A stretch of 64,000 bases of DNA, taken from assembly GCF_046462495.1 (NCBI RefSeq), contig NZ_JBKGVE010000011.1:21484-85483 (forward strand), given 5' to 3'. The position numbers and the translations under genes were made by a program. This DNA is from Aquirhabdus sp. (GTDB taxonomy: Bacteria; Pseudomonadota; Gammaproteobacteria; Pseudomonadales; Moraxellaceae). Position 1 is the stretch's first letter. Every line of letters begins with the position of its first letter. Positions 1-11,013 of this stretch are shown in pieces. Under the pieces are notes generated by a model. That model made no database searches, was not told where the DNA came from, and saw only the letters and a program-made list of their open reading frames with translations.

Positions 1-794
1 TCAATAATTTCTTGTACTTCACCGGGATGCGCTTTTAGAACCAGAATTCGGTCTGCAAGCAGTATGGCTTCATCCAGATCATGGGTGACGAACAAGATGG
101 TGATGTCGATGTTGCGCCAGATTTCAAGTAGGTGCTTTTGCATTTTACAGCGCGTTTGTGCATCTAATGCACCGAAGGGCTCATCCATAAGCAAGATACG
201 CGGTTCATTGACCAATGCTCTTGCGATAGCAACGCGTTGCTTCATTCCGCCAGACAATTGATGCGGATAGGCATCGGCAAAGTTAGACAAACCAATCAAG
301 TCAAGCCATTGCAGTGCGGATTGCTCGGATTCATGCTTGCCTTTACCACTCATTTCTAGACCAAACATGACATTGTGTTTCACAGTCCGCCATGGAAATA
401 AGGTATAACCTTGAAAGACCATACCGCGATCTCGGCTCGGGCCTTCTACGGCCTTGCCATCGAGCAAAACGGTGCCTCCATCATAGCTTTCTAATCCAGC
501 AAGAATTCGACTCAAGGTTGACTTGCCGCAACCAGAGGGTCCGATCACGCAAACAAATTCACGGCGATAGATATCAAAGTTAATCTTATTTAACGCCAAG
601 ACTTTACCTTGCGGCGTTTCGAAATGCTTGACTAAGTCGCGAATCTCTAAAATGATTTTGCGCTGATATAGTTTTTCAAAGCGTGCTCTCACCTCTGGGG
701 ATTGCACGTGGTAGTCCGGTAAAAAGTCTGGCAAAGGCAATGTGGGAAGAGACTGATCACTTGCATTTGAACTGTTGGTAATGGATTCACTCAT
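1..794 (-). CDS. NitT/TauT-family ABC transporter ATP-binding subunit (3' end runs off the window)
   Basis: Manual translation from ATG at 794 (AAGGAG RBS): Walker [10 protein letters not shown], signature LSGGMKQR, Walker [13 protein letters not shown]-loop FVTHD. Absent from the ORF track because it is truncated. Confidence 0.93.
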   Translation of the reverse strand, partial: MSESITNSSNASDQSLPTLPLPDFLPDYHVQSPEVRARFEKLYQRKIILEIRDLVKHFETPQGKVLALNKINFDIYRREFVCVIGPSGCGKSTLSRILAGLESYDGGTVLLDGKAVEGPSRDRGMVFQGYTLFPWRTVKHNVMFGLEMSGKGKHESEQSALQWLDLIGLSNFADAYPHQLSGGMKQRVAIARALVNEPRILLMDEPFGALDAQTRCKMQKHLLEIWRNIDITILFVTHDLDEAILLADRILVLKAHPGEVQEII

Positions 795-804
795 GTTCTA
801 CTCC

Positions 805-1755
805 TTAACGACTCTTATCCCATGGAAATAAACGACGACCTAGCCAAGCCAGCAGCAGATCAATGCCCAGCCCAATGAGTCCGATCATGATGATGGCTGC
901 ATACACATTGTCAAAATGTTGGTAGCGGGCTTGCTGGGTAATAAACCAGGTGATCCCTGAACTGGTGCCAATCAACTCCGCGACAATCAAATAGGTCCAT
1001 GCCCAGCCAAGTAAGATACGCTGATCACGATACAAGTCGGGGAGAATGCCGGGAATAACGACACGGGTGAGCAGCCTGCGACGGCTTGCGCCTAAAGTCA
1101 GGGCAGCTTCCATCAAGCCCACATCCAGTTTACGTGTCGTATTAGCAATAATCAGGATCTGTTGAAACAGCGTTCCAATGACAATAATCGCAATTTTGGG
1201 GCCATCGTAAATACCCAAGATGGCAACCATGAGCGCACCAAAAGCGGGGGCCGGTAAGTAGCGAAAGAACTCGACAAAAGGTTCGGTTAGGCGCGAGATA
1301 ACAGGTGATGTCCCACTTAAAATCCCTAGCGGTACGCCGATGATGGATGAAATAAAGAAGGCATAGAACACTAATTTCACACTATGCCAGAGGCTTTGAT
1401 GTAGCCATGGATCATCAGCTTGGGCCGGTGGTGTAGTGAATGCAGTATAAAATGCCCTGACTACCTCATGAGGCGCTGGCAAATAAACGGGATTGGCAGC
1501 AATCCCTTGAGGTAAAGCAAGGTGCTGCGCAGTCATATTGCTTTTTTCAAGCTCGTAGGTCGCACGATCCGTTCGCATATCTGCTTCAAAATAACTCACG
1601 CCGCCCGGATCGGTGATTTTGATTTGTGGATGCCAGACAAAAGGCAAATAGCTGACCGCACACCACAGGAGTATCGGGATTAAAAATGATGCAGCACCCA
1701 ATAACCAACGTAGTTTTTGCGGCAATCGGTAATGCGGATTAAATGCACGAGCCAT
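805..1755 (-). CDS. NitT/TauT-family ABC transporter permease
   Basis: Hydrophobic helices; EAA loop EAALTLGAS; 'GWAWTYLIVAELIG' typical of TauC/SsuC-like permeases. Confidence 0.92.
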   Translation of the reverse strand: MARAFNPHYRLPQKLRWLLGAASFLIPILLWCAVSYLPFVWHPQIKITDPGGVSYFEADMRTDRATYELEKSNMTAQHLALPQGIAANPVYLPAPHEVVRAFYTAFTTPPAQADDPWLHQSLWHSVKLVFYAFFISSIIGVPLGILSGTSPVISRLTEPFVEFFRYLPAPAFGALMVAILGIYDGPKIAIIVIGTLFQQILIIANTTRKLDVGLMEAALTLGASRRRLLTRVVIPGILPDLYRDQRILLGWAWTYLIVAELIGTSSGITWFITQQARYQHFDNVYAAIIMIGLIGLGIDLLLAWLGRRLFPWDKSR

Positions 1756-1824
1756 GATATGAATATGTCCTAAGGCTTTAAATACGAAACTGTTTTATGA
1801 AAGTAATCCCTAAAGAGGGCGTGA

Positions 1825-2817
1825 CTATTTCCCATGGACGAGCTTGGGATCGATATAACCATCTACGTTTTGAGCCGTACGATAGATCCCCTGATTCACA
1901 TTAAATTTGTCTACAAAATAAGAGGATCCATAGAGTGATTTAAAACCTTTGGCTTTCACCATGACGGCTTGATTGTCAGCAATATTCAAGAGGTGGGTGC
2001 CATAGAGCAGTTTTTTATAGGATTCAGGAGTGATGCCCCCGCCAGAGCGTTGGGCCATAATCTTTAAAGCATCGGGCTGAGTTTTGGGATCGTTGATATA
2101 GGTCACAACCTTATCCCAAACCTGAGTCAGTTTGATCCAGTCGGCACGATTCCTATTCAGACTATTCGGACTGACGGTCAGTACATCGTAAATCAATCCC
2201 GGCTCATCTGCGGAGGTATAGAGGGGGTGAGCGCCCGCTGAGGCTTTGAGTGCTTGCCCTGCAACGGGTTGCCATACGCCAATGGCGGAGACACTGCCAG
2301 AAGCTAAGATTTGCGGCAGTTCATTGGTTTTTGCATTGACGAGCTTGATCGCGTTTTCAGCAATCCCTGCTTTTTTTAGCCCATTGATCAATAGCAGGTG
2401 ATCGACCAGACCAGTTTCGACGGCGACCGATTGCCCCATGAGATCTTTTAGGGATTTGATACCGGCTTTGCCGATGATCATGTCATTCCCGCTAGAATAG
2501 TCAGTTGCCAGAATCATGGTCCCTCTACCACCAGCAGATCCTGTCACCAGTGTATCGCCATTGGTTGCGAGTACCGCATCTAGTTTTCCAGCCGCGAATG
2601 CCTCAAGCGAAGCTGAGTAATCAAACCACTGAAAGGATGCATCAATCCCTGCTTGTTTAATCCAGCCCTTATCAATCGCAATCTGCCATGCAACCCATCC
2701 AGGCCAGTCGCTATAGCCTATTTTAATTGGCGCGGCATCGGCAGTATCTATGGTCGAGCATAAAAGAGCACTGATCAAGATTGTGCGCCGTGTAAATTTT
2801 GAACTCAGCAAAGACAT
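1825..2817 (-). CDS. ABC substrate-binding protein, urea-carboxylase-associated type (probable guanidine binding)
   Basis: Signal peptide ending ADA; 'IGYSDWPGWVAW' motif of NMT1/SsuA-like binding proteins found with uca clusters; context. Confidence 0.85.
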   Translation of the reverse strand: MSLLSSKFTRRTILISALLCSTIDTADAAPIKIGYSDWPGWVAWQIAIDKGWIKQAGIDASFQWFDYSASLEAFAAGKLDAVLATNGDTLVTGSAGGRGTMILATDYSSGNDMIIGKAGIKSLKDLMGQSVAVETGLVDHLLLINGLKKAGIAENAIKLVNAKTNELPQILASGSVSAIGVWQPVAGQALKASAGAHPLYTSADEPGLIYDVLTVSPNSLNRNRADWIKLTQVWDKVVTYINDPKTQPDALKIMAQRSGGGITPESYKKLLYGTHLLNIADNQAVMVKAKGFKSLYGSSYFVDKFNVNQGIYRTAQNVDGYIDPKLVHGK

Positions 2818-2877
2818 GATAGTGACTCCCCCGTAAAACAGCCAGTATTACCAAAATATAAAATAGTAATATTAATA

Positions 2878-2893
2878 AGCAAAGGCTATGCCA
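2878..2893 (-). promoter_or_regulatory. sigma54 (-24/-12) promoter of the ABC operon
   Basis: Minus strand TGGCATAGCCTTTGCT = TGGC-N8-TGCT with exact GG-N10-GC spacing, 60 bp upstream of the ATG. Confidence 0.8.
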
Positions 2894-3076
2894 AAGCTGA
2901 CTAGCGTTTAAACAGTCGATGTTTCTAGTAGAAAAGCCATAAATTGCAGTTGAGTCGGTCTGGATTGGGCAGCGGCGGTTTGTTTTGGTGCGCGTTTTGC
3001 AATGATTGAGTACATCGCTGTGCAAGCAAATAGTTGCGGCGTTCAATTGACGACTTCAATCAAGCAGAGGTATCCC

Positions 3077-3871
3077 ATGCTTATCGCACAACTCTCAGAT
3101 ATTCATGTTCGACCGAAAGGGGTGTTGTATCAGGGTGTGGTTGACTCTAACAAAATGTTTAGCGATGCGATCAAACATTTAGAGCACCTTGATCATCGTC
3201 CTGATTTTGTTTTACTGACCGGAGACTTGGTGGATCAAGGTGATCCCTTGGAATACTCACATTTGCTTGAATTGCTGAGTGAGCTAAGCATTCCTTATGC
3301 AGTGGCTATGGGGAATCATGATGACCGAGAGAATTTTCGTGCAGCATTTTCGGCATATCCGTATTTACCACAGTCGGGCCCACTGCATTACTGTATTGAT
3401 GATTATCCGGTGAGAATAGTCGTCTTGGATTCCTGTGTGACAGGGGAGGATTATGGTCATATTGATGCTGAAGGCTTAAGCTGGATTTCTGCAGTTCTGA
3501 ATGAGGATGCCTATAAGCCGGCGATTATTGCACTACATCATCCTCCCATTGTTTCTGGTATTCCTTATATGGATGTCTATCGCTATCTAGACGCCGAGCC
3601 TTTAGCTAAGATTCTGCGTCGTTCTTCCAATGTTGAGGCCGTGCTGTGTGGACATGTCCATCGGTCTATGGCCAAACGCTGGGCTGGGACGATGGTTTTG
3701 ACCTGTCCCAGCACCACGACAGAGATAGCTCTGCAGTTAAAACCTGATGCCGAGCCACAATCTTATAGCGGGTCACCAGCCTGTATGCTGCATCTTTGGC
3801 ATCCTGAATCAGGGCTAGTGAGCCATACAAGCTATATAGGTGTATATCCCGGACCTTATCCTTTTGCGTGA
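3077..3871 (+). CDS. Calcineurin-like metallophosphoesterase (CpdA/Icc/GpdQ-like phosphodiesterase)
   Basis: SDIH, GDLVD, GNHD, HHPP, GHVH motifs; start placed at ATG 3077 after GAGG. Confidence 0.9.
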   Translation: MLIAQLSDIHVRPKGVLYQGVVDSNKMFSDAIKHLEHLDHRPDFVLLTGDLVDQGDPLEYSHLLELLSELSIPYAVAMGNHDDRENFRAAFSAYPYLPQSGPLHYCIDDYPVRIVVLDSCVTGEDYGHIDAEGLSWISAVLNEDAYKPAIIALHHPPIVSGIPYMDVYRYLDAEPLAKILRRSSNVEAVLCGHVHRSMAKRWAGTMVLTCPSTTTEIALQLKPDAEPQSYSGSPACMLHLWHPESGLVSHTSYIGVYPGPYPFA

Positions 3872-3917
3872 CTTATGATGAATAGGACCCACACCACATA
3901 GCAATCAGATCAGTCAA

Positions 3918-4316
3918 TCATCCCAATGATTGAATATAGTTTCGCCAGCCACCAACATCACTGATGTCCTTTGCCCCATCCAACGCAAAGGGTTCGCAGA
4001 CAAAGCCAGATACGAATGAGCCATCCGCCAGTTCTACTTTGCCAATACCAAGAGGGGATGGGATATTATTCACAAAATCCCCAAAACCCGCTGCGGGCAG
4101 TGACCAGACCTCGACGGGGATCGCAACACCATCCGTGGCTACACGTACCATACCGGGACGAAATGGTGGGCCACCTGCGAGTGCATAGAAGCGATACTTA
4201 GCCGCGGATTCAGTAGCCTTAACCAGCACACCTCCGCGCTCGGTGAGTTGTGGGTTTAAGACCATCCCAGAGAGATGTGCTCCGCAGACAACGATTTGAA
4301 TGTTTAGGTCTGTCAT
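3918..4316 (-). CDS. Stand-alone allophanate hydrolase C-terminal domain
   Basis: 'IVVCGAHLSGMVLN...RPGMVRV...IPVEVW...IPSPLGIGKVEL...GGWRNY' is the C-terminal domain of AtzF-type enzymes; start ATG 4316 or GTG 4328. Confidence 0.85.
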   Translation of the reverse strand: MTDLNIQIVVCGAHLSGMVLNPQLTERGGVLVKATESAAKYRFYALAGGPPFRPGMVRVATDGVAIPVEVWSLPAAGFGDFVNNIPSPLGIGKVELADGSFVSGFVCEPFALDGAKDISDVGGWRNYIQSLG

Positions 4317-4363
4317 AAATGATTCCACATTATGGGTGAGTTGTATGCAATGCGTATGGAAGA

Positions 4364-5740
4364 CTAAGCTTGCCAGCGTTTAGCTAGATCCAATAAGTCC
4401 CAATCCAGTCCCGCCTGAGCGAAGAACGTAATACCGAAAGGCAAGTTATCTTCACGTCGACCAGCAGGAATGGCGAGTGCAGAGTAGTTGAGCAGGTTCA
4501 TGAAGTTGGTGTAATAGCCCAGATTACTATTGAGCACCAAGGGGTTTGCGAGCATTTGATCAATGGTGTATATCGTTCCTGTCGTTGGCGTCATAATGGC
4601 ATCGACGCTATTTAAGATGTCATCACACTGCCGTTTAAAACTGGCCAGTTTATAAAATGCATCGAAAGTCTGCACTGCGTTGATGGATTGTGCGGGTTCA
4701 ACAATCTGGCGGATGACGGGAAGTACTTCTTCCGGTTTTTGGGTCAGCAAGTTTGCAATCGCATGATAGCGCTCAGCAACCCATGGGCCGGAATAGAGCA
4801 GATTGGCTGCCGTGATGAATGGTGAAAAATCAATATCAACCACTTCAAAACCTTTGGTCATACCGTCGATTTTGGCTTGTTCAAAAAGTAGCGCATAGCC
4901 ATCATCACCAAAAAAATTCAACTGATCTGCACGAGGCACTCCAATTCTTTTGATGGCTGAATGGGGTGTGTGGGCAAATGATTTACTGTAGCTATCTGCT
5001 GGATCAAAACCAGCGCTGATGTTGAGGACGATTTCGGCATCTTCAATCGTTAGCGTAAAGATCGATATACTATCCAGTGTACGACAGGCTGGCACAAGCC
5101 CTGAGCTGGAGAGTAAACCACAGCTAGGCTTGACACCGATCAGTTCGTTGAAGGCAGCCGGAACGCGCCCTGAGCCTGCGGTATCGGTTCCCAGCGCGAA
5201 ACTGACCAATCCCAGTGCAACGGCCAGTGCCGAACCTGAACTTGATCCACCTGAAATATAGCGGGCATCGATGCTATTTTTCGCGATACCATAGGGTGAG
5301 CGAGTGCCATTGAGTCCTGTTGCGAACTGATCAAGATTGGCTTTACCCAGTGGAATGGCGCCAGCATCAATCAGTTTCTGTACGACAAATGCATTTTTCT
5401 CTGGCAAGTAGGCAAATGCAGGGCAGGCGGCTGTGGTAGCAAGTCCTGCAACATCAATATTGTCTTTAATCGCAAATGGGATACCGTAGAGCGGTAAGCT
5501 TGCAGGGTCTTTGCCATCCAAAACCTTCGCGACTTCTATCAATGTGTGATCATCAAAACGACTGATCCAGACATTATGACTACTGCTATCAGTGACAGAG
5601 CAGTCATCTAGTGCAAGTAATGGCAACAGTGCCTGAATGAGTTCAGAGGGTTTAAGTCCTTTGGCATAAGCTGCTTGAAGCGTGGTAACGCTCAGATCGG
5701 GAACGATATCGAGCGTTAGGCGATTTTGTTGACGAGTCAT
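4364..5740 (-). CDS. atzF: Allophanate hydrolase, amidase-signature domain only
   Basis: IKDNID, GGSSSGS, GTDTAGSGRVPA, 'NSNLGYYTNFMNLL'; ATG overlaps the uca stop (TAATG). Confidence 0.92.
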   Translation of the reverse strand: MTRQQNRLTLDIVPDLSVTTLQAAYAKGLKPSELIQALLPLLALDDCSVTDSSSHNVWISRFDDHTLIEVAKVLDGKDPASLPLYGIPFAIKDNIDVAGLATTAACPAFAYLPEKNAFVVQKLIDAGAIPLGKANLDQFATGLNGTRSPYGIAKNSIDARYISGGSSSGSALAVALGLVSFALGTDTAGSGRVPAAFNELIGVKPSCGLLSSSGLVPACRTLDSISIFTLTIEDAEIVLNISAGFDPADSYSKSFAHTPHSAIKRIGVPRADQLNFFGDDGYALLFEQAKIDGMTKGFEVVDIDFSPFITAANLLYSGPWVAERYHAIANLLTQKPEEVLPVIRQIVEPAQSINAVQTFDAFYKLASFKRQCDDILNSVDAIMTPTTGTIYTIDQMLANPLVLNSNLGYYTNFMNLLNYSALAIPAGRREDNLPFGITFFAQAGLDWDLLDLAKRWQA

Positions 5741-8700
5741 TAGACGGCCTCCAGAAGAACCAGTAAGTTTTGTCCCCCACCGACTTGGACACCGGGCTGT
5801 GCTAAGACCTGACCGATGATGCCATCACGCGCGGCGACAATCGGAAATTCCATTTTCATGGATTCTATGATCAGTAGCGTATCCCCTGCGCGGACGGCAT
5901 CCCCTGATTTGACTTGAACCTGCCAGATATTGCCGGGCACATGTGCTGCAATGGCATCAGCCCCATCCGGAATCTTGAGAGCATCACTATCAGGTGTGGG
6001 GGCGTCTGCTTCGCTGATATATTCCGCTTGACCACTTTCACGCCAGCGTTCACGCTCGGCATCGAATGAATCTTGTTGCACGGTTTTAAATGCGGTAATG
6101 CTGTCTGCATTTTGCGTCAAGAATTCATTGTATTGGCGGAGGCTAAGCTCACCTTCTTCAATTTTTACCCGCATGCGACCTGCTGCAAACTCACGGCGCA
6201 TGTCGAGTAGTTCTTCTTCACTGACTTCATAAAAGCGAATTTGATCGAAGAAACGCAGTAACCATGGTTTACCTGCTTCAAATTCTGGGGTTTCGCGATA
6301 ACGATTCCACATTTGAATGGTTCGACCGACAAATTGATAGCCGCCGGGACCTTCCATACCATAGACACACATATATGCACCACCAATGCCAACGGCATTT
6401 TCTGGGGTCCATGTCCGGGCAGGGTTATATTTGGTGGTGACCAAGCGGTGACGTGGATCAAGTGGTGTAGCCACTGGCGCACCCAAATACACATCGCCCA
6501 GCCCCATCACTAAGTAACTGGCATCGAAGACAATTTTTTTGACATCATCAATGGAGTCCAGACCATTAATGCGGCGGATAAATTCGATGTTACTGGGGCA
6601 CCACGGAGCATCAGGTCGAACCGATTGCATGTATTTTTCAATCGCAAGACGGGTTTGGGAGTCGTCCCAGGCCAGTGGTAGCCAAACCGTACGCGATGGC
6701 ACGACCATTTCATCAATAGCGGGGAGTTCATGCTCTGCGTGTTTGAGTCGGGTCAGCAGTTCACTTTGCGGAAGTAAAACGGCGTCATAGTGAATTTGCA
6801 GCGAGCGGATACCCGGTGTCAGATCAATAATGCCGTGGATCAGATCGGCATCTTTTTGCTGATAGAGCCATTGCATCAAGGCATGAACGCGGAAACGTAA
6901 GTTCAGATCTAAAACCAGCGCACCGTACTCAACCAGTAGATAGTTATCTCCAGCCGGACGATAGACCACATCCGGTGCACCATCACGACCGCCATAAGTA
7001 CTGAGAATCGCCGACTGAAGCGTTTCAAGTTCAGCAGTGAGCGTGGCATGGAGTGGTTCTTGGAGACTGCTCAGTGCTTGGAGCTGTTGACTTTCCAGTG
7101 CATCGGTTTGCGCTTGGCTGATGGGGATAAAGCGTACTGTATCACCGGGACGTAGTTGTCCTAACTTCCAGAGCTCAGCTTTGACCACCACTGCAGGACA
7201 GACAAAACCACCTAAGCTTGGGCCATCCGGTCCCAGAATAACGGGCATATCACCCGTAAAATCAATGGCGCCGATAGCATAAGCGTTATCGTGGATGTTA
7301 GACGGATGCAGCCCAGCTTCACCCCCATCACGGCGCGCCCATTGAGGTTTAGGACCATTTAAGCGAACGCCAGTCCGGCTGGAGTTGTAGTGAATTTCCC
7401 AGTCCGTACTAAAGAACATCTCGATGTCTGCAGGAGTAAAGAAATCGGGTGCGCCATGCGGTCCATAAAGCACGCCAATTTCCCAGTGATGATTATACGT
7501 AGGTTGCAAACTTAAGGGTAGAGCGGTCGATTTTGTTGTTTGAGCAATAGGTAGTGTTTTGATTGGTAGCATGTCACCCAAGCGGAGGTTACGCCCTGCA
7601 TGGCCGCCAAATTGACCCAGCGTAAAGGTCGATTTACTCCCCAAATAATCAGGCACATCAATGCCACCCTGGACTGCAATATAACTGCGGCATCCGGTGA
7701 TCATTCGACCGAGTTTAAGGACGCTGCCTGCTTTGATCGTGATAGCCGTCCACATGGGTATGGCAACATCATCAAGAAATACGGGCAGCGGTGCGCCTGT
7801 AATGCACACGCTACTATCTGTATAAAACTTGAGCGTTGGTCCACTCATTGTGCACTCTAAACCCGCTGTACCCTCAGTATTCCCCAAAAGTAAATTGGCA
7901 GCGCGCAGCGCAAGAGAATCCATCGGTCCTGATGGCGGAACACCGACATCCCAATACCCCAGTCGTGCAGGATAATCTTGTACTGAGGTTTGTACACCCG
8001 CTTCCAAGACTTCAATCCGTTTTGCCTGATAGCTAAAGTCGTTTAAATAACGCGTTGTTTGCAATCCTTTTTGAAAGACATCTCCCGCGATAATTTCACT
8101 GACGTAATCCAGATTAGTTTCGATACCTGACAAATGGGTTTCAGTAAGGGCATGCTGGAGTTTGGCAATCGCAGCTTCGCGGTCTTTAGCATAGACAATG
8201 ATTTTGGCAACCATGGGATCATAAAAAGGCGGTACATTCGATCCACGCATGACCGCAGCTTCAACCCGTGCAGCGGATGGATGTGGGAAGATTACTTCAG
8301 TCAGCACACCCGATGAGGGCTGAAAATTACGTGCTGGATCCTCGGCATAGACGCGGACCTGAATTGATGCACCTTTAGGCTGTGGTGCAATAGCTGGTAA
8401 TTGTAGGTCGCCACTGGCCAAAAGTACCATCCACGCGACCAAATCAACGCCCGTCACTTCTTCTGTGACGCCGTGTTCGACCTGCAAGCGCGTATTAACT
8501 TCGAGAAAGTAAAATTCTTGACTCAGTGCGTCCATCACGAATTCAACCGTACCCGCAGAACGATAGCCGATGGATTCCATAAGACGCACTGCCGTCGCCT
8601 GAAGACTCTTGCGCTGTGCATCAGACAGATGTGGAGCAGGGGTTTCTTCAATGACTTTTTGATTACGGCGCTGCACAGAGCAATCACGTTCTCCCAATGC

Positions 8701-9384
8701 CAGAACCTTGCCTTGACCATCGCCAAAAATTTGCACTTCGATATGACGCGCAGCTTGGACGTATTTTTCCAGGTATAGACCAGCATCTTTGAAGTTGGCT
8801 TTAGCCAGACGGGAAACTGATGCATAGGCTTCATCAAGTTCACTATCTGCCCAAATCAAGCGCATACCAATACCACCACCGCCTGCAGTGCTTTTAAGCA
8901 TCACGGGATAGCCAATCCGTGTCGCTTCGGTACGGGCTTCATCGAGATCAGCTAAGAGCTGGCTGCCCGGAAGCAATGGCACGTTGCTTTGTAGTGCGAG
9001 CTCGCGAGCCGTGTGTTTAAGGCCAAAAGCCCGCATTTGATCACCAGTGGGACCGATGAACGCTATACCATTGGCTTCGCACTCATCGGCGAAGGCGGCA
9101 TTTTCAGACAAAAAGCCATAGCCGGGATGGATAGCTTGTGCGCCCGTTTGTTTTGCAACCGCTAAGATTTTGCCTGCTTGCAGATAGCTTTCGCTAGCGG
9201 GTGCAGGTCCAATACAAACGGCTTCATCGGCCAGACTCACGTGCAGCGCATCATGGTCGGCTTCAGAGTAGACTGCGACGGACTGAATGCCCAACAGTTT
9301 GAGGGTGCGAATAATGCGACAGGCGATAGCACCGCGATTGGCGATCAGAACTTTGGTAAATTTACTTTTCGGCGAGTTAGGCAT
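5740..9384 (-). CDS. uca: Urea/guanidine carboxylase (biotin-dependent)
   Basis: Biotin carboxylase ([27 protein letters not shown]), carboxyltransferase ([19 protein letters not shown]) and C-terminal ESMKME biotinyl site. Confidence 0.96.
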   Translation of the reverse strand: MPNSPKSKFTKVLIANRGAIACRIIRTLKLLGIQSVAVYSEADHDALHVSLADEAVCIGPAPASESYLQAGKILAVAKQTGAQAIHPGYGFLSENAAFADECEANGIAFIGPTGDQMRAFGLKHTARELALQSNVPLLPGSQLLADLDEARTEATRIGYPVMLKSTAGGGGIGMRLIWADSELDEAYASVSRLAKANFKDAGLYLEKYVQAARHIEVQIFGDGQGKVLALGERDCSVQRRNQKVIEETPAPHLSDAQRKSLQATAVRLMESIGYRSAGTVEFVMDALSQEFYFLEVNTRLQVEHGVTEEVTGVDLVAWMVLLASGDLQLPAIAPQPKGASIQVRVYAEDPARNFQPSSGVLTEVIFPHPSAARVEAAVMRGSNVPPFYDPMVAKIIVYAKDREAAIAKLQHALTETHLSGIETNLDYVSEIIAGDVFQKGLQTTRYLNDFSYQAKRIEVLEAGVQTSVQDYPARLGYWDVGVPPSGPMDSLALRAANLLLGNTEGTAGLECTMSGPTLKFYTDSSVCITGAPLPVFLDDVAIPMWTAITIKAGSVLKLGRMITGCRSYIAVQGGIDVPDYLGSKSTFTLGQFGGHAGRNLRLGDMLPIKTLPIAQTTKSTALPLSLQPTYNHHWEIGVLYGPHGAPDFFTPADIEMFFSTDWEIHYNSSRTGVRLNGPKPQWARRDGGEAGLHPSNIHDNAYAIGAIDFTGDMPVILGPDGPSLGGFVCPAVVVKAELWKLGQLRPGDTVRFIPISQAQTDALESQQLQALSSLQEPLHATLTAELETLQSAILSTYGGRDGAPDVVYRPAGDNYLLVEYGALVLDLNLRFRVHALMQWLYQQKDADLIHGIIDLTPGIRSLQIHYDAVLLPQSELLTRLKHAEHELPAIDEMVVPSRTVWLPLAWDDSQTRLAIEKYMQSVRPDAPWCPSNIEFIRRINGLDSIDDVKKIVFDASYLVMGLGDVYLGAPVATPLDPRHRLVTTKYNPARTWTPENAVGIGGAYMCVYGMEGPGGYQFVGRTIQMWNRYRETPEFEAGKPWLLRFFDQIRFYEVSEEELLDMRREFAAGRMRVKIEEGELSLRQYNEFLTQNADSITAFKTVQQDSFDAERERWRESGQAEYISEADAPTPDSDALKIPDGADAIAAHVPGNIWQVQVKSGDAVRAGDTLLIIESMKMEFPIVAARDGIIGQVLAQPGVQVGGGQNLLVLLEAV

Positions 9385-10087
9385 GGTTTGTCGCCTCCCA
9401 AGTCAAAAGCTTGATTGGTGTCGGGTTATAACCATTACAAGGATTGTTGAGCTGTGGGCAGTTGGAAATGAGCACAATTAAGTCCATTTCAGCGATAATC
9501 TCAACATATTTCCCGGCACCAGAGATGCCATCGGCAAAGTAGAGTTCACCATCTGGCAGTACGGGGACATTCATAAAGAAATTAATGTTTGCACCAATAT
9601 CGCGCACATCCAAACCAATTTCTTCTGCAAGTGGGAAGGTGGTTAGCGCTGTCATAAAGTTATCACGGCACGAGTGCATGGGACGTTTTTCCATGGCGTA
9701 GCGCACGGTGTTACTTTCGCTGGCACATGCACCGCCTAGGGTGTCATGACGGCCACAAGTATCCGCACTGATTGTCGCCATCACTTGCGCATTGCTCGAA
9801 TACAGCTTGGAGCCTAAGCCTAAATAGAGCTGCCCTGATTTTTGTACGGTATGTGCCGGGCTGTAGCGTTCTTCCAGATTGTTGGCATTAAAGAATAGGG
9901 TATCGACCGCTTGATTGCCTTCCAAGTCCACAATTCTAAAAGTTTGTCCTTTCACAACCCGTCCCATCCACGGTTCACCGGCTGCACAGATCTCACTATT
10001 GATGGCTGTTGCTTCGGTTAGCGGACTCTCTTTCAAAGGCGCAGAAAGCTTGAATGATGCAGGGCTGGTGATTGATTTAATTTCCAT
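9377..10087 (-). CDS. cgdB: Urea-carboxylase-associated protein 1 (DUF1989), carboxyguanidine deiminase subunit
   Basis: 'DLEGNQAVD', '[11 protein letters not shown]', '[11 protein letters not shown]'; start moved to ATG 10087 (CAGGAG RBS) just after the upstream stop; 8-nt overlap with uca. A/B naming is from gene order. Confidence 0.85.
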   Translation of the reverse strand: MEIKSITSPASFKLSAPLKESPLTEATAINSEICAAGEPWMGRVVKGQTFRIVDLEGNQAVDTLFFNANNLEERYSPAHTVQKSGQLYLGLGSKLYSSNAQVMATISADTCGRHDTLGGACASESNTVRYAMEKRPMHSCRDNFMTALTTFPLAEEIGLDVRDIGANINFFMNVPVLPDGELYFADGISGAGKYVEIIAEMDLIVLISNCPQLNNPCNGYNPTPIKLLTWEATNHA

Positions 10088-10091
10088 TTTC

Positions 10092-10907
10092 TTATGCTCC
10101 TGCTTGGTTTGAGGAATGAAGTACACTTGACGGCATTGCGGCAAAATAGCGTTCCGTATTTTGAAAACCGCGTCCATTTTGTTCGCATGAGGTGCGGCAG
10201 ACATCATCTGCTGCGACAGGTGCAGCCGTAAAGGCAGACAAAAGAATGGCGGCAGGATCATAAGTCGTCGCGGGGTCTAGCGGGTGGGGCGCAGCAGAGA
10301 GAATCACCAGCGTATCCATCTCAAAGCGCAATTCGACGATATCGCCTGCTTGAGTGTGTTCAGCATTCCAAACCAGTTTGCCAGCATCATCCGCTGAGAC
10401 TTTACTGAAAAAATTGACATTGGTGACAAGGTCACGTTTGCCGAGTCCCCATTTCCCCATTTCAATCAGTAAACCTTCGCGCCCACTACGATACATGCCA
10501 TTACGCGCTGCACCAAAATCGCGCAAACCGTATTGAGTTTTGATCTGTTCTGCATCACTGACGCCACAGAAAGCGTCATTCCAGCCTGCAGTGTCTGTGA
10601 CAACCGAACATAGAATGCGTCCCATGTCGGAATAACAGACATGACCACGGGTTAAAAATGCAGTGTGCTGGGCTTTAAGGGTATCTGGAGCATTGTAGCG
10701 TTCGAGTTTTTCTTCGGCATTGAAGAAAAGTGCAGCTAGATTTGCACTTGTAGCCTGAGCCGTGAGGCGGAGAACTGTGCCACGGCGGATACGTGCGGAC
10801 CAATGAAAACCGCCAGGAAGTAGGTCTTCCCATAAAGGGTTTTGATCAGCAGGAATAATGGATAGAGCAGCTTTTTCAGCAGTTGTAAGAGATGAACGTG
10901 ATGACAT
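10092..10907 (-). CDS. cgdA: Urea-carboxylase-associated protein 2 (DUF1989), carboxyguanidine deiminase subunit
   Basis: '[15 protein letters not shown]', 'YSDMGR', 'NVNFFSKV', 'PHPLDP'; ATG 10907 with GGAG RBS. A/B naming is from gene order. Confidence 0.85.
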   Translation of the reverse strand: MSSRSSLTTAEKAALSIIPADQNPLWEDLLPGGFHWSARIRRGTVLRLTAQATSANLAALFFNAEEKLERYNAPDTLKAQHTAFLTRGHVCYSDMGRILCSVVTDTAGWNDAFCGVSDAEQIKTQYGLRDFGAARNGMYRSGREGLLIEMGKWGLGKRDLVTNVNFFSKVSADDAGKLVWNAEHTQAGDIVELRFEMDTLVILSAAPHPLDPATTYDPAAILLSAFTAAPVAADDVCRTSCEQNGRGFQNTERYFAAMPSSVLHSSNQAGA

Positions 10908-11013
10908 GGCGAGACTCCAAAGCGTTAGCATGAGAGAGGACGTGCCATTCAGACATTTGATATGTAAAAAATCGCATACGATTTACATAACAAACATTCA
11001 ATGAATGACGTTA

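Noticed and set aside
2960..3030. Possible NtrC sites (TTTTGGTGCG, GTGCA) upstream of the ABC sigma54 promoter, and TGGTGCA at about 11264
   Set aside because: Only half-sites; the 11264 one is too close to the -24 element. Not enough to call.
2723..3046. 107-aa minus-strand ORF
   Set aside because: Overlaps the binding-protein gene out of frame and spans its promoter; no motifs
10088..10261. N-terminal extension of cgdB in the ORF track
   Set aside because: Lies inside cgdA; ATG 10087 has the RBS and fits the family
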